A stretch of DNA of 63,318 nucleotides, the filler included, from an uncultured virus (IMG/VR IMGVR_UViG_2061766007_002030) (Duplodnaviria; Heunggongvirae; Uroviricota; Caudoviricetes). It is 5 parts of one record of this genome, joined end to end, with 100 filler letters (N's around TTAATTAATTAA, not from the genome) between each part and the next. Parts side by side here need not be neighbours in the genome. Positions count along the whole stretch, not along the records: positions 11,633 to 39,965 come from IMGVR_UViG_2061766007_002030; positions 40,066 to 51,206 come from IMGVR_UViG_2061766007_002030; 3 more parts are not named here. One strand, given 5' to 3'. The position numbers were made by a program, and so were the translations under genes. The number at the start of each line of letters is the position of its first letter. Positions within the stretch are counted from its first letter, which is position 1. Of the stretch, positions 35,461-46,831 are shown one piece after another. The notes beneath the pieces were generated by a model, which was not told the DNA's origin, made no database searches, and saw nothing but the letters and a program-made list of their open reading frames with translations.

Positions 35461-36069
35461 TATTCTATCTCAACTGATGATTAGGCGGCTTGACGGAGCC
35501 ACTTGTGCTAACCCAGCAGAACTGGACAGCATAGAGGAGATTTCTTACATAGCCATATCACCCCAAAGTGCTGCTATGATTAAATATCGAGTTTAACGCA
35601 GGATCAATAATATCTTGCTTAAACTGTGCTAGATAGCGATTATATTCATATTCGGGTAGTTGGGTACGCCACGGGTGCATAACATTACGAACTATAAAGC
35701 GTCCCTTGGCATAATCCATTTGAAACCATATCTTACAACCGTCCACATTGCTCTTATCATACCACCTAAAAACAACCACATCATTGCAGTCACACTGATT
35801 ACGCAGTGGGGGTAGCCAATTTTTAACAGATGTGCACATAATTATTTGTTCTAACTGTCTTAATTGAGCTATAGGCAGATTTACTATCAAATCGTCATAA
35901 TCATACGTTATTTTCATGTTGTTTCTCCACGGCGACACTTTGTGTGTACATAGCTTATTACAGTTAGTATCGGCGGGTCTTACCCACACCCTAAAGGGTG
36001 TGAGCTTGCGACCGCCTATTTGTCAATAGACCTATTCTATCTCAACTGATGATTAGGCGGCTTGACGGA
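35461..36069. mobile_element. Insertion bounded by 37-bp direct repeats, containing an IS200/IS605-type end and an AT-rich ORF
   Basis: TATTCTATCTCAACTGATGATTAGGCGGCTTGACGGA at 35461-35497 and 36033-36069; CACACC-CTAAAG-GGTGTG hairpin near TTGAC (minus strand). Confidence 0.65.
35558..35917 (-). CDS. AT-rich hypothetical cargo protein
   Basis: GGAG RBS; MKITYDYDDL...; codon usage differs from neighbours. Confidence 0.6.
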   Translation of the reverse strand: MKITYDYDDLIVNLPIAQLRQLEQIIMCTSVKNWLPPLRNQCDCNDVVVFRWYDKSNVDGCKIWFQMDYAKGRFIVRNVMHPWRTQLPEYEYNRYLAQFKQDIIDPALNSIFNHSSTLG

Positions 36070-36737
36070 TAATCGTGAAGCCACAGCGTTCCATGACGAG
36101 GATTGCTGCGTCTTGTGCGCCAGGAGTAGCTGCACAAGCGTATTCCACGATTTCGATCGGCGTATCCTTGAACATCGCACGGAGAATCATTGCGTTGGAA
36201 ATGACGCAAATGTCGGTGCAAGTACCAACAAGGCGAATGCGCTTGATGCGTTCCTTGCCGAGCTTTGCGAGCTCTTCCTGGCTCTTGAGAGAACCGTCTG
36301 CATTGAAGGCGTCGTCGCCGAGGAAGTACTTCGCCCAACCGAGGTAGCCGAACGTCGGCTTTTCGATCTTGGTAGCGTAAGCGTCGTCAAGAGCCTTCTG
36401 GATGGATTCTTCGAACTTCCAGCCTTCGGTGCCCTTGATNNNNNNNNNNGCCGAGGTAGCCGAACGTCGGCTTTTCGATCTTTGTAGCGTAAGCGTCGTC
36501 GAGAGCCTTCTGGATGGATTCTTCGAACTTCCAGCCTTCGGTGCCCTTGATGCAGTGTTCCGGCAGCACGCCTTCGAGCGTCTGCTTGAAGTCTGCGCCG
36601 TGGGTATCCATCGTGTAGAACACGTAGCCCTTCCATTCACGGATTTCTACGATTACGGCACCGATGATTGCCTTGGCGTCTTCGTTTGCAAGAGAACCGT
36701 CGATGAAGTCCTTCTGCATGTCGATAACGATGAGGTA
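36053..36737 (-). CDS. pncA: Nicotinamidase (isochorismatase family); start in gap
   Basis: DMQKDFIDGSL, DTH, HCIKGT, KPTFG, GTCTDICV. Confidence 0.88.
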
Positions 36738-37016
36738 NNNNNNNNNNCTTGATCAAACTAAGCGGACACCACATGGCATCCTTTGCGTCGTCTTGTGCGT
36801 CCGGCTTACCGGCCAAGATACCTTCACTGGTAAAATCGACCATAACACCGACATCATAGCCCCAGTAGTCTGGATGACAGTCACAGCGAGGATCAGCTGG
36901 CTTAAACACGCCAACTTGATGAACTTGGTTCACGTTGATATGCAATCCAGTTTCTTCGGCGACTTCTCGGATACCAGTTTCTTCGACGGTTTCNNNNNNN
37001 NNNTGTTTAGTCCTTG

Positions 37017-38293
37017 TTAAAGAGTTTGACGGAGTTTCAACGCATTGTCGATGATCTGTCGGTGATGGAACGCAAGCTTGATATCATTGATCAAGTTAAG
37101 CGGACACCACATGGCATCCTTGGCGTCGTCTTGGGCGTCCGGCTTACCGGCCAAGATACCTTCACGGGTAAAATCGACCATAACACCGACATCGTAGCCC
37201 CAGTAGTCTGGATGACAGTCACAGCGAGGATCAGCTGGCTTGAACACACCAACTTGATGAACTTGGTTCACGTTGATGGTGAATCCAGTTTCTTCGGCGA
37301 CTTCTCGGATACCAGTTTCTTCGACGGTTTCCTTCGGATTGGCGAATCCACCGGGCAAGCACCAGTAGTCATGGAAAGGAGCTGCCTTGCGCTTCACCAA
37401 GAGTACGCAGCCGTCAAAGAACATCGCAGATGTCACTGTAACGGATGGACGAGGGAAGCGGAACGGATCGTACTTAGTCAGCACGAGATCTTCCACCTTC
37501 TGATAGTCTTCCGGAGTAGACTGGTCNNNNNNNNNNTTGTCACTGTGACGGACGGACGAGGAAAGCGGAACGGGTCGTACTTCGTCAGCACGAGATCTTC
37601 CACCTTCTGATAGTCTTCCGGAGTAGACTGGTCGTACAGATGATTGCGACGGATATATTCCATCACGATCGGCGACACTTGGTCACTGCTGCACAGCGGA
37701 TCGAAGCCCATCTGGCTACGAGCCTTCGTGGAGCTAGAATCCGGAATGATCCAGTCGACTTCTTCAGTTCGATCCTTGAGCAGATTAATTTTTTCTGCTT
37801 CATGATTATGAAAGAACGATTCGTACCTAGCACGACGAACAACCAAGAAGTTGTTGTTTTCAATAAGCCAGTTAGAATTGACCCAGCCATCAGCCAGCAA
37901 CGAATGCCATTCGTCAGTTCCAAGAACCAGAGTGAATACGGCATCCGACAAGGAATCGTCCTTGCGGAGATTCTGTAAGGCTTCTGCAGTGCGGCTCACT
38001 TCGTCGACAATCTTCACACGGTGGAAGATTTCGGACGGCTCGCCCTGATTGTAGGCAGCCGGAGAATCAGACGTGTCAGAATACAAGCTGTGGAGCGAAT
38101 TGACCGTATGGACAATCATCGCAATACGGTCTTCGCATTCAACCTTGTAGTTCTTCGTGTCGTTGTCACTCACCAGGATGTACAATAGGGACTCTGGTTC
38201 CTTCTTGAGTCGGTTGAGCAGCTCGGTAATAATGGCGGTGTGCGCAGTCGTTACCGGATCGAATGCGCCGCCGTAGATGTACACCTTCTTCAT
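37017..38293 (-). CDS. nadD: Nicotinate/nicotinamide-nucleotide adenylyltransferase fused to a Nudix hydrolase
   Basis: YGGAFDPVTTAH, LVLGTD, SSSTKAR; Nudix box GGFANPKETVEETGIREVAEETG. Confidence 0.85.
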
Positions 38294-39564
38294 TAGTCGA
38301 GTGCGTCCTTGTTTTCTGCAATGGGTTCGTAACGGTACGCATCCTTTGCACGTTCGATTACCTTCGGATCCGGACAGTTGACCTTACCCGGAGAGTCGGA
38401 AAGCTTCACTGCGTAGATACCGTTAGACTTGACGAGCTTCATGATCATGCGGAGAGCGTCACGCTTGATGCCACCCTTGAAACGGAGAACCTTGCAATCG
38501 AGGAAGCCGCCGATACCGAATGCCACGTTGATACGAGTGTGGAAGCGTTCGGCGATAGCGATGGACTGGTCGCAGTTAAGGCTGTCAGACCAGCAGCCGA
38601 CCTTGCTCTTGGAATTGATTGCGTTCTTGATGTAGTGTGCGATAAGCATTTCGCCCCAGACATACGGATCGCCTGAATCGTGACGGCAGCCGTCGAACAG
38701 CTTTGCGTAATACTTATCGAAATCACGCAAGAATGCATTGAAGCCAAAGTTGTCGGAAAGCGCAATACCGAGGTCGCCACGGAATTCGTCAGACCAGTCT
38801 TCGAGAACTCTCTTCTGCACGAGTTCAAGCGGAATGTCCTTGATGCCCTGATACAAGGCGTACATTTCGTGTGCGAAAGTACCGATAGCCTTGCAGCCGA
38901 GCTTGATGGCGAGGTAGACGTTCGACGTACCCACGAAAGCGGGGCAGAAGTCGATCATGGTCTGAACCATGTATTCGTTCCATTCGTCGGACACGGAACG
39001 GCGGACACCGAAGTCAGAGATCGTGAACTTGACGCCACGGCGGAGAGCTGCGTTCCACTTTGCGATAGATTCGTTGAGTGTCTTCTTGGATTCTTCCCAG
39101 TCGATTTCGAGATCGTCGAAGAAGAGGTTCTGGATAATCTTCAGAACATAGATTTCAAACCAGGTAACTTGGATTGCTGGGCCTTCAGCCCAGATGTGGA
39201 GACCGCCGTTGCGAGTAGCGTCATAGTCGACGTGGATGTACTTGCGCTTGAGCTGNNNNNNNNNNTTTGGAATTGATGGCGTTCTTGAGGTAGTGTGCGA
39301 TAAGCATTTCGCCCCAGACATACGGATCNNNNNNNNNNGCCGTTTTTGATGTAGTGAGCAATCAGCATTTCGCCCCAGACATACGGATCGCCGGAATCGT
39401 GACGGCAGCCGTCNNNNNNNNNNGATACCTTCGAGTTCCCATTCAGTAAACTTGAGTGTGCAAAGGTGGTCAAGTTCTCGATTGATTTCGTCGTAGAACG
39501 GAGTCAGGTCGACACCATCAGAACGGAGCTTGAATTCCCAGTAGGCACGTTCGTTCGGATGCTT
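38293..39564 (-). CDS. pncB: Nicotinate phosphoribosyltransferase (start in gap)
   Basis: DFGVRR, GTSNV, GTFAHE, RHDSGDP, SDSL, FGIG, KLSDSPGK. Confidence 0.92.
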   Translation of the reverse strand, partial: KHPNERAYWEFKLRSDGVDLTPFYDEINRELDHLCTLKFTEWELEGIXXXXRLPSRFRRSVCLGRNADCSLHQKRXXXXIRMSGAKCLSHTTSRTPSIPXXXXQLKRKYIHVDYDATRNGGLHIWAEGPAIQVTWFEIYVLKIIQNLFFDDLEIDWEESKKTLNESIAKWNAALRRGVKFTISDFGVRRSVSDEWNEYMVQTMIDFCPAFVGTSNVYLAIKLGCKAIGTFAHEMYALYQGIKDIPLELVQKRVLEDWSDEFRGDLGIALSDNFGFNAFLRDFDKYYAKLFDGCRHDSGDPYVWGEMLIAHYIKNAINSKSKVGCWSDSLNCDQSIAIAERFHTRINVAFGIGGFLDCKVLRFKGGIKRDALRMIMKLVKSNGIYAVKLSDSPGKVNCPDPKVIERAKDAYRYEPIAENKDALD

Positions 39565-39748
39565 NNNNNNNNNNNNNNNNNNNNNNNNNNNNNNNNNNNN
39601 NNNNNNNNNNNNNNNNNNNNNNNNNNNNNNNNNNNNNNNNNNNNNNNNNNNNNNNNNNNNNNNNNNNNNNNNNNNNNNNNNNNNNNNNNNNNNNNNNNNN
39701 NNNNNNNNNNNNNNNNAATAGTCCTTGTTAAAGATTAAGTTTCCATGT

Positions 39749-39777
39749 AATATAGCAAATGAGTGTATGTTTGGCAA
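39749..39777 (-). promoter_or_regulatory. sigma70-type promoter of the NAD salvage operon
   Basis: Minus strand TTGCCA-17-TATATT; AAGGA RBS at the gap edge. Confidence 0.75.
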
Positions 39778-40150
39778 CCCGTGGCAAAAATAAACAAAAT
39801 GTAAGTTAGTTTGTTATAAATCTTTACTATATTTCGCGCCATGGTGTGGACTGTTCTATTAATTCTTGTTATTTTGGTGATTGTATCGGTGTATGGGATT
39901 GCCATTTATAAGATCGTTTGCTATATTCTAACTGAACGTCGGGTTCGTCGGCTGGAAAAGACAGTNNNNNNNNNNNNNNNNNNNNNNNNNNNNNNNNNNN
40001 NNNNNNNNNTTAATTAATTAANNNNNNNNNNNNNNNNNNNNNNNNNNNNNNNNNNNNNNNNNNNNGCCATGTAGATTTTTTCTCGCATGGTTTATAAATT
40101 ATATCAAATGCCGCTTGACAGTTATGAGTGTTATTACTATATTCTGAAAT

Positions 40151-41447
40151 ATGAAAATTAACTTGAATGAAATTGACAATGACCAACTGAAGTCTGGTCT
40201 TGCGTTGGCCAAGAAGATTACCGAGCTTGGCCCCTACAAGGCAGAGGCTTACCTCGTTGGCGGCTGTGTCCGTGACTTGGTTCGTTACCAGCTCGGTCAG
40301 ACAGACACTATCGATATCCATGATATCGATATTGCCACTTCTTTACCTATAGAAGAACTGAAGAAGTATTTCAAGACATGCGACAACAACGGCGAGAAGC
40401 ACGGCACTATTCTCGTATGGTGGAGCGACCAGTATTTCGAGGTGACCCATTTCCGTACTGACGGCGAATACAGCGACGGTCGTCATCCTGACGAGGTTAT
40501 TCTTACTGAATCATTCGAGGAAGACACTGCTCGTCGTGACTTTACCATCAATGCCCTCGGTCTCGCATGGGACGGCGAGGTCATCGACTATCACGGAGGC
40601 GTCGACGACATCAAGAATAAAATTATCCGTGCTGTCGGCGATCCTAGCAAGCGTTTCGAGGAAGATGCACTCCGCATGATCCGTGGCGCTCGTTTCGCTG
40701 TCAACTTCAATTACAGCATCGAGAACGATACGTCTCATGCAATGTATAAGAACGCTGACCGTCTTGCCNNNNNNNNNNTGATACGTCTCATGCAATGTAT
40801 AAGAACGCTGACCGTCTGGTCAACGTGTCAAACGAGCGTATCCGTGCTGAATTCTTGAAGATTACTGATCTGGCGAACATTCCAGACTTCATCGACCGTT
40901 TAATCTGGGATGGACTGATTAAGCATATCAGAGCTTTCGTTGGTCTAGACTGGTATGAAGTGAAGAGCAACCTTATCGAGTGCGATGATTTGCTGACTGC
41001 GGATAACCTATTCCCGGCAATCTGTTTCACGGCAAATGACGAAAGCAACTTGGAAGCGTTCGTTCCTACTCGTGATGAACGAAAACTCTGGAACTGGCTA
41101 CGTTCTTACAAGAACGTCTACGCATGGGATCCGGATTCCAAACTGTATTGGACTTCTCTAGTGGAATTCGTTTCTGGAGAGTACGATCTGCTGCTTGCTC
41201 TCAATGCCGATTATTATTGTGAGCGTGCGTGGCTGCCCAAGCTTCCAACAGCACGCTATCTGCTTCAGAATCCGCCTGACATGAAGGCGATTTCTCAAAG
41301 GGTCTCTGACATGGGTATCCCTCAAGGCAAGGAATTTGGCGACAAGGTGAAGGAACTCCTTGAAGCCGAATATGCTAAGATGGCGGCCATATTCCCCAAC
41401 ACGGTCTCGCTGACGATGGGGAACAGCACTCTTGTATACAAAATTGA
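40151..41447 (+). CDS. cca: CCA-adding tRNA nucleotidyltransferase (class II)
   Basis: YLVGGCVRD, DIDIAT, FRTD, RRDFTINA, RFEEDALRMIRGARF, ERIRAEF. Confidence 0.9.
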
Positions 41448-41512
41448 NNNNNNNNNNNNNNNNNNNNNNNNNNNNNNNNNNNNNNNNNNNNNNNNNNNNN
41501 NNNNNNNNNNNN

Positions 41513-42202
41513 TTGCACTCACTATCGTCGCATCCATCTTCATGGTTCAGAACTACCAGAACCGTGCGATCCAGATGGAACAGCTCGTAGAACGTGCCCA
41601 GTCTAACCTCAATGCGGAATACAACCGCCGTGCCGGACTCTTGGTCAACTTGGCCGAAGCCGTGATGAGCTACGACGAGCACGAAGCTAAAGTAATCGTC
41701 GAGCTGTCCAAGGCTCGTACTCCGGAAGGCGGCAAGGGCAACGTGAACGCATCCGCATACATCCAAGGTGTCGTGGAACGCTATCCTCAACTCCGTTCTA
41801 TCGAGAACTATGACAGGTACATGACGGAGCTCGCCATGACCGAGAACCGCATAGCTTCTCACAGAAACGACTACAACACAATGGTAGGCAACTACAATGC
41901 TTACGTGCGTGGTTTCCCGGCTCGTTTCTGCTTGTCNNNNNNNNNNGCAGCTCCGTTCGATCGAGAACTACGATCGATATATGACGGAGCTCGCCATGAC
42001 CGAGAACCGCATCGCTTCTCACAGAAACGACTACAACACAATGGTCGGCAACTACAATGCTTACGTGCGTGGTTTCCCGGCTCGTTTCTGCTTGTCCATT
42101 CTCGGATATACCGCACAGAAATACGACTTCTTGCAGTTTAATAATGCTCCGGTCGACGCACCGACTGGTCTCTTGAAGAAGAATAAGGAACAGCAAAACT
42201 AA
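41513..42202 (+). CDS. LemA family membrane protein
   Basis: TM segment; YNRRAGLLVNL, ERYPQLRS, TENRIA, YN..VRGFP. Confidence 0.85.
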
Positions 42203-43108
42203 TGAGTTCTCGCACTCTAATTGACGGTAGCGGATGGGATCTGACTGTCCGTGAGCTGTTCGTGTCGATTGTAGGCGTGTTGCTTGCCATCATTGTAGGC
42301 TGCATCATCGCCAACCACATCGCACAAGCTCAGGACGAGTATAACGTGAAGTTCTATCACGCTGTACAAGTCTCCGACTCGACGCANNNNNNNNNNNNNN
42401 NNNNNNNNNNNNNNNNNNNNNNTGTGAGCGCAGTGGAGTTCGTTACCGATGACGGTATCGGACACTACATGACGTTGACTAGGGATCTTGAAGAATACCG
42501 CAAGCATCACCGCACCGTATGTACTGGATCCGGAAAAGATAGGCATTGCCATACGGAAACATACTGGACGTGGGACGTGATGAAGACTGACCGTTTCAGT
42601 GTCCAGCATGTAGATTTCTTAGGTAAGCGATTCTATTATTCTGAATTTCCGGCGTTGCCTCGTGAACGGTATATCGAGACGATTCCTATCAAGAAAGACG
42701 GCATTCTGGAGGCATTATTGTCGAATCGGCAACGATACGTGTACTATGGTCGTAACTTGACGTACACCGGCACGATGTACACTAATGCGATTAACCACAG
42801 AATCAATGATTCGATGTGGGCNNNNNNNNNNTATTCTGGAGGCATTATTGTCGAATAGGCAACGGTACGTGTATTATGGTCGTAACTTGACGTACACCGG
42901 AACGATGTACACTAATGCGATTAACCACAGAATCAATGATTCGATGTGGGCTGACGGAGTTCCGCTTGACGGTGCGATCCAGTATTACATCAGAGAACAT
43001 GGCGTCTTGTATTTCTGGATTTGCTTCGCAGTAATTATCGTGCTTGCCGTTATCTTCTTCGTGGCAGCACCAAATGAATGGCTTAACGGTTCAGTGAGGG
43101 ACTGGTAA
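42202..43108 (+). CDS. Membrane protein (N- and C-terminal TM) coupled to LemA
   Basis: Hydrophobic termini; HTETYWTWD. Confidence 0.7.
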
Positions 43109-43109
43109 A

Positions 43110-43520
43110 ATGAATGTACAAATCGTAAAGGGACTTGATGGAAATGGTTCCGTCACACTCAAGGATGCCAACGGTAATGTAATGGTATCCGTGCATGACT
43201 CCGAGGATTTCACTGTAAAAGGTGATATAACCCTAGAATCAGACAATGTTGTTATTGTCGGTGGTCGCCGTATCGAATGCGGTAGCCGTATCGCCGGTAT
43301 CAACATTTGTGGCAGCATGAAGTCCGTACAAAATCTTCCGAACATTGTTGTGAACGGAAGTGTCGGCAGTGTCAGTTCGACATCTGGCGACATTGAAATT
43401 CATGGCAACGTAAGTGGCTCGGTATCCGCAGTTTCTGGGGATGTCGATGTCAGAGGTAGCGTCGCCGGATCGGTGAGTACCGTGTCTGGCGATGTAGACA
43501 TCAGAAACAATCAACAGTAA
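43110..43520 (+). CDS. Beta-helix-type repeat protein
   Basis: Repeated GSV.SVSGDV units. Confidence 0.65.
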   Translation: MNVQIVKGLDGNGSVTLKDANGNVMVSVHDSEDFTVKGDITLESDNVVIVGGRRIECGSRIAGINICGSMKSVQNLPNIVVNGSVGSVSSTSGDIEIHGNVSGSVSAVSGDVDVRGSVAGSVSTVSGDVDIRNNQQ

Positions 43521-43532
43521 AGGAAACAACTC

Positions 43533-45133
43533 ATGGACATTGCTAATGTTCTTTTCTACGGTGGAATTGCAGTCGTCGTGCTCTTCCTCATTATCCTCTT
43601 CTGCGTGTCTTATATCAAGGCCGCACCCGACGAAGTCATCATCATTTCCGGTTTCCGCAAGCGCCGTACCATCATCGGTCACGCCGGATTCAAGATTCCG
43701 TTCTTGGAACGAGCCGACAAGCTTAGCTTGCAGCTCTTCTCCATCGACGTGAAGACCAAGGCGATTCCGACTTGCGACTACATCAACGTCGACGTGGACG
43801 CAGTCGTTACTGTTAAGGTGTCCGATGACCAGGAACTTCTTGAAGCATCCGCACAGAACTTCTTGAATACCAAGACTGAAGATATTGCTGGTAACATCAA
43901 GGATATCCTTGAAGGCAATATGCGTGAAATTGTCGGCCAGATGGAACTGGTAAAGCTTGTCAATGACCGTAAGGGCGTGTCTGACCTCGTTCGTGACAAC
44001 GCAGACCCAGACCTCAAGAAACTCGGCTTGGAAATCCAGACATTTAATATCCAGAACTTCGTCGACGACAAGGGCGTTATCAAAGACCTTGGCGTTGACA
44101 AGACATCCGCTATCCGTAAGGCTGCCGCTATCTCCAAGGCTAATTCCGATCGTGACATTAGCATTGCCGAATCCAAGGCCGCAAAGGAAGCCAACGATGC
44201 TAAGGTCGCCGCTGACCTCGAAATCGCACAGAAGAAGAACGACCTCGAAGTGAAGAAGGCTGACCTCAAGCGTATTGCCGACACCAAGATGGCTGAAGCT
44301 GACGCCGCTTACGAAATCCAGAAGCAAGAACAGCAGAAGATCATCAACATCAAGGCCGCTGACGCCGAATGCGCTCGCCAGGAAAAGGAAGCCGAAATCC
44401 GTGAACGCATGGTCGCTGTGAAGCAGAAGGAACTCGAAGCCGAAATCCAGAAGAAGGCCGAAGCCAACCGTCAAGCCCAGATCCAGAACTCTGAAGCTGA
44501 CCTCTTCCGCCAGAACAAGGATGCCGAAGCAAAGCTCTTCGCAAAGACTCAAGAAGCGGAAGCCATCAAACAGATTTCCGAAGCCGAAAAGACTCGTGCG
44601 TTCAACGACGCTGAAGCTATCCGTGCTCGTGGTGAGGCTGAAGCTGACGCTATCAAGGCAAAGGGTCTTGCCGAAGNNNNNNNNNNGCTGAAGCCATGCA
44701 GAAGTATGGCGAAGCAGCTCGTCAGGAAATGCAGCTCAAGGCTCTCGAAAAGTACTTCGACCAGTTGCCGAGTGTCGCAGCCGCCATCGCAAAGCCGATG
44801 GAAAAAATCGGCGGCATCACCATGTACGGCAACGGCAACACCGCTGCTCTCACTGGCGACATCATCAAGACGTTGACACAAGTATCCAACGGCCTCACCG
44901 AATCGCTCGGTATCAGTCTGCCNNNNNNNNNNTTGACACAAGTATCCAACGGTCTCACCGAATCGCTCGGTATCAGTCTGCCCAATGTGCTTAGCTCCAT
45001 GTTCGGTGCCAAGCTTGCTGGCGTAGGTTCCAACAAGGCAGAACCGTGCCAGTGTACCGTCGTGAACGACGAACCGAAGGCTGCTGAAGCTCCCAAGGCC
45101 GAAGCACCAAAGGCTTCCCCCAAGATGACCGCT
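43533..45133 (+). CDS. Flotillin-like SPFH/band 7 protein
   Basis: TM, PDEVIIISG, ILEGNMREIVG, AEAE coiled coil. Confidence 0.9.
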
Positions 45134-45154
45134 NNNNNNNNNNATATTTTGTAC

Positions 45155-46024
45155 ATGACTTATCCAGTACATCACGAAGAGCCGGTTATCAATCCGACCC
45201 CAAAGAAAATCAAGAAGGAAGCCGATATCGAGATCTTTGTCGATATCGAGGGAACCTTGATCGACGACTTGTTCAATGCGAATTTTCTGAACCATAACTG
45301 CGACAATATCAAGGAATATATCCACAAGCATGATGGGCACCCCTACAAGGTGCATATCTACACTTGGGGATGGGTACGCCGTTCCGAAATCGAGCTCGGA
45401 CTTGTAGATAACTTGTATAAAAGACTTGATGTCGATAAAGAACATCGTGGCACTATNNNNNNNNNNACTACAAGGTGCATATCTACACTTGGGGATGGGT
45501 ACACCGTTCCGAAATCGAACTCGGACTTGTGGATAACTTGTATAAAAGACTTGATGTCGATAAAGAACATCGTGGCACTATCTATGTCAAGGAAGATGCG
45601 GTCGATGGTTTGTTGGCCAACTGTTCTGATTTTGCGTTCGATCGAGATACGTTGCTGCAACCCGGCGGATTTGGTACGTATGGATTGAACAAGCCGACTG
45701 TATGGAAATGGTTTGTAGATGATACGAACAAGTTCAATGTGTTGATTGATGATACAGTCGAACATGAAATCGATCTTGATAGAATCAAGTTCATCAATCC
45801 GGCAAGGATGAAGGTCATTGTCCGCAACGACCTTGACAAGCCAGCTACGCTGTACAATCCGGATGGCTGTAAAGTCGGCGAGATCAAGAACGACACCGCA
45901 TTCGAGGATGTCCGTAGGCAGATCGGTCTACAGCGACTTTCTGGTTACTACATCATGTTCGAAGGACAGCGTATCGATATCGACCGCTACGGCAACGTAG
46001 CAGAATATTCGATAGGCTTCTTTG
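45155..46024 (+). CDS. HAD-like hypothetical protein with an extra C-terminal domain
   Basis: FVDIEGTL, IYTW, VLIDD motifs. Confidence 0.55.
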
Positions 46025-46390
46025 NNNNNNNNNNNNNNNNNNNNNNNNNNNNNNNNNNNNNNNNNNNNNNNNNNNNNNNNNNNNNNNNNNNNNNNNNNNN
46101 NNNNNNNNNNNNNNNNNNNNNNNNNNNNNNNNNNNNNNNNNNNNNNNNNNNNNNNNNNNNNNNNNNNNNNNNNNNNNNNNNNNNNNNNNNNNNNNNNNNN
46201 NNNNNNNNNNNNNNNNNNNNNNNNNNNNNNNNNNNNNNNNNNNNNNNNNNNNNNNNNNNNNNNNNNNNNNNNNNNNNNNNNNNNNNNNNNNNNNNNNNNN
46301 NNNNNNNNNNNNNNNNNNNNNNNNNNNNNNNNNNNNNNNNNNNNNNNNNNNNNNNNNNNNNNNNNNNNNNNNNNNNNNNNNNNNNNNNNN

Positions 46391-46831
46391 GAACGCAACC
46401 GTATCCGCGATCGAGTGTTGCGTACCGAGCTTAATGAGAAGCTTGCTCGTATCATGGGCAAGTGGGTTCTTATCCCCGGCTTCCATACTGCAGACGAAAT
46501 GGACGATACGAAGTATTTTCGTCTTGGAAAAGTCGTCGGAGTCGAAAAGTGGCGCGGCAACAACGAGTTCGAACTGGTGATGGATCACTTGGTCTATCTT
46601 GGTCACGCCAATAAGGGCGATACTTATGACCATGCCGTACAAGAGATAATGTTCACCAACGGAGACGACAAGTCGAAGCATGTCGTTGGCGATATCGACC
46701 GAGTCAAGGTGATCACCGCGAGGAAGGCCAGCAAGCTTATCGAGGAACAGATGAATTCCGTCACTCGTCGACTGAAGAAAATGCAAGACGCCGCGCTTAC
46801 AGACTACGGCGAAAAGGAAATGTACAAATGA
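46391..46831 (+). CDS. Hypothetical protein, C-terminal part
   Basis: Open frame from the gap. Confidence 0.6.
   Translation, partial: ERNRIRDRVLRTELNEKLARIMGKWVLIPGFHTADEMDDTKYFRLGKVVGVEKWRGNNEFELVMDHLVYLGHANKGDTYDHAVQEIMFTNGDDKSKHVVGDIDRVKVITARKASKLIEEQMNSVTRRLKKMQDAALTDYGEKEMYK

Noticed and set aside
43239..44552. Long antisense ORFs (also 56572..57498, 34236..35039, 58107..58859)
   Set aside because: Shadows of strongly codon-biased genes on the opposite strand
2885..45480. Many near-identical short repeats resembling DGR template/variable pairs or programmed frameshifts
   Set aside because: Each abuts a 10-N gap, differences look mostly synonymous and not adenine-specific, and no reverse transcriptase is visible
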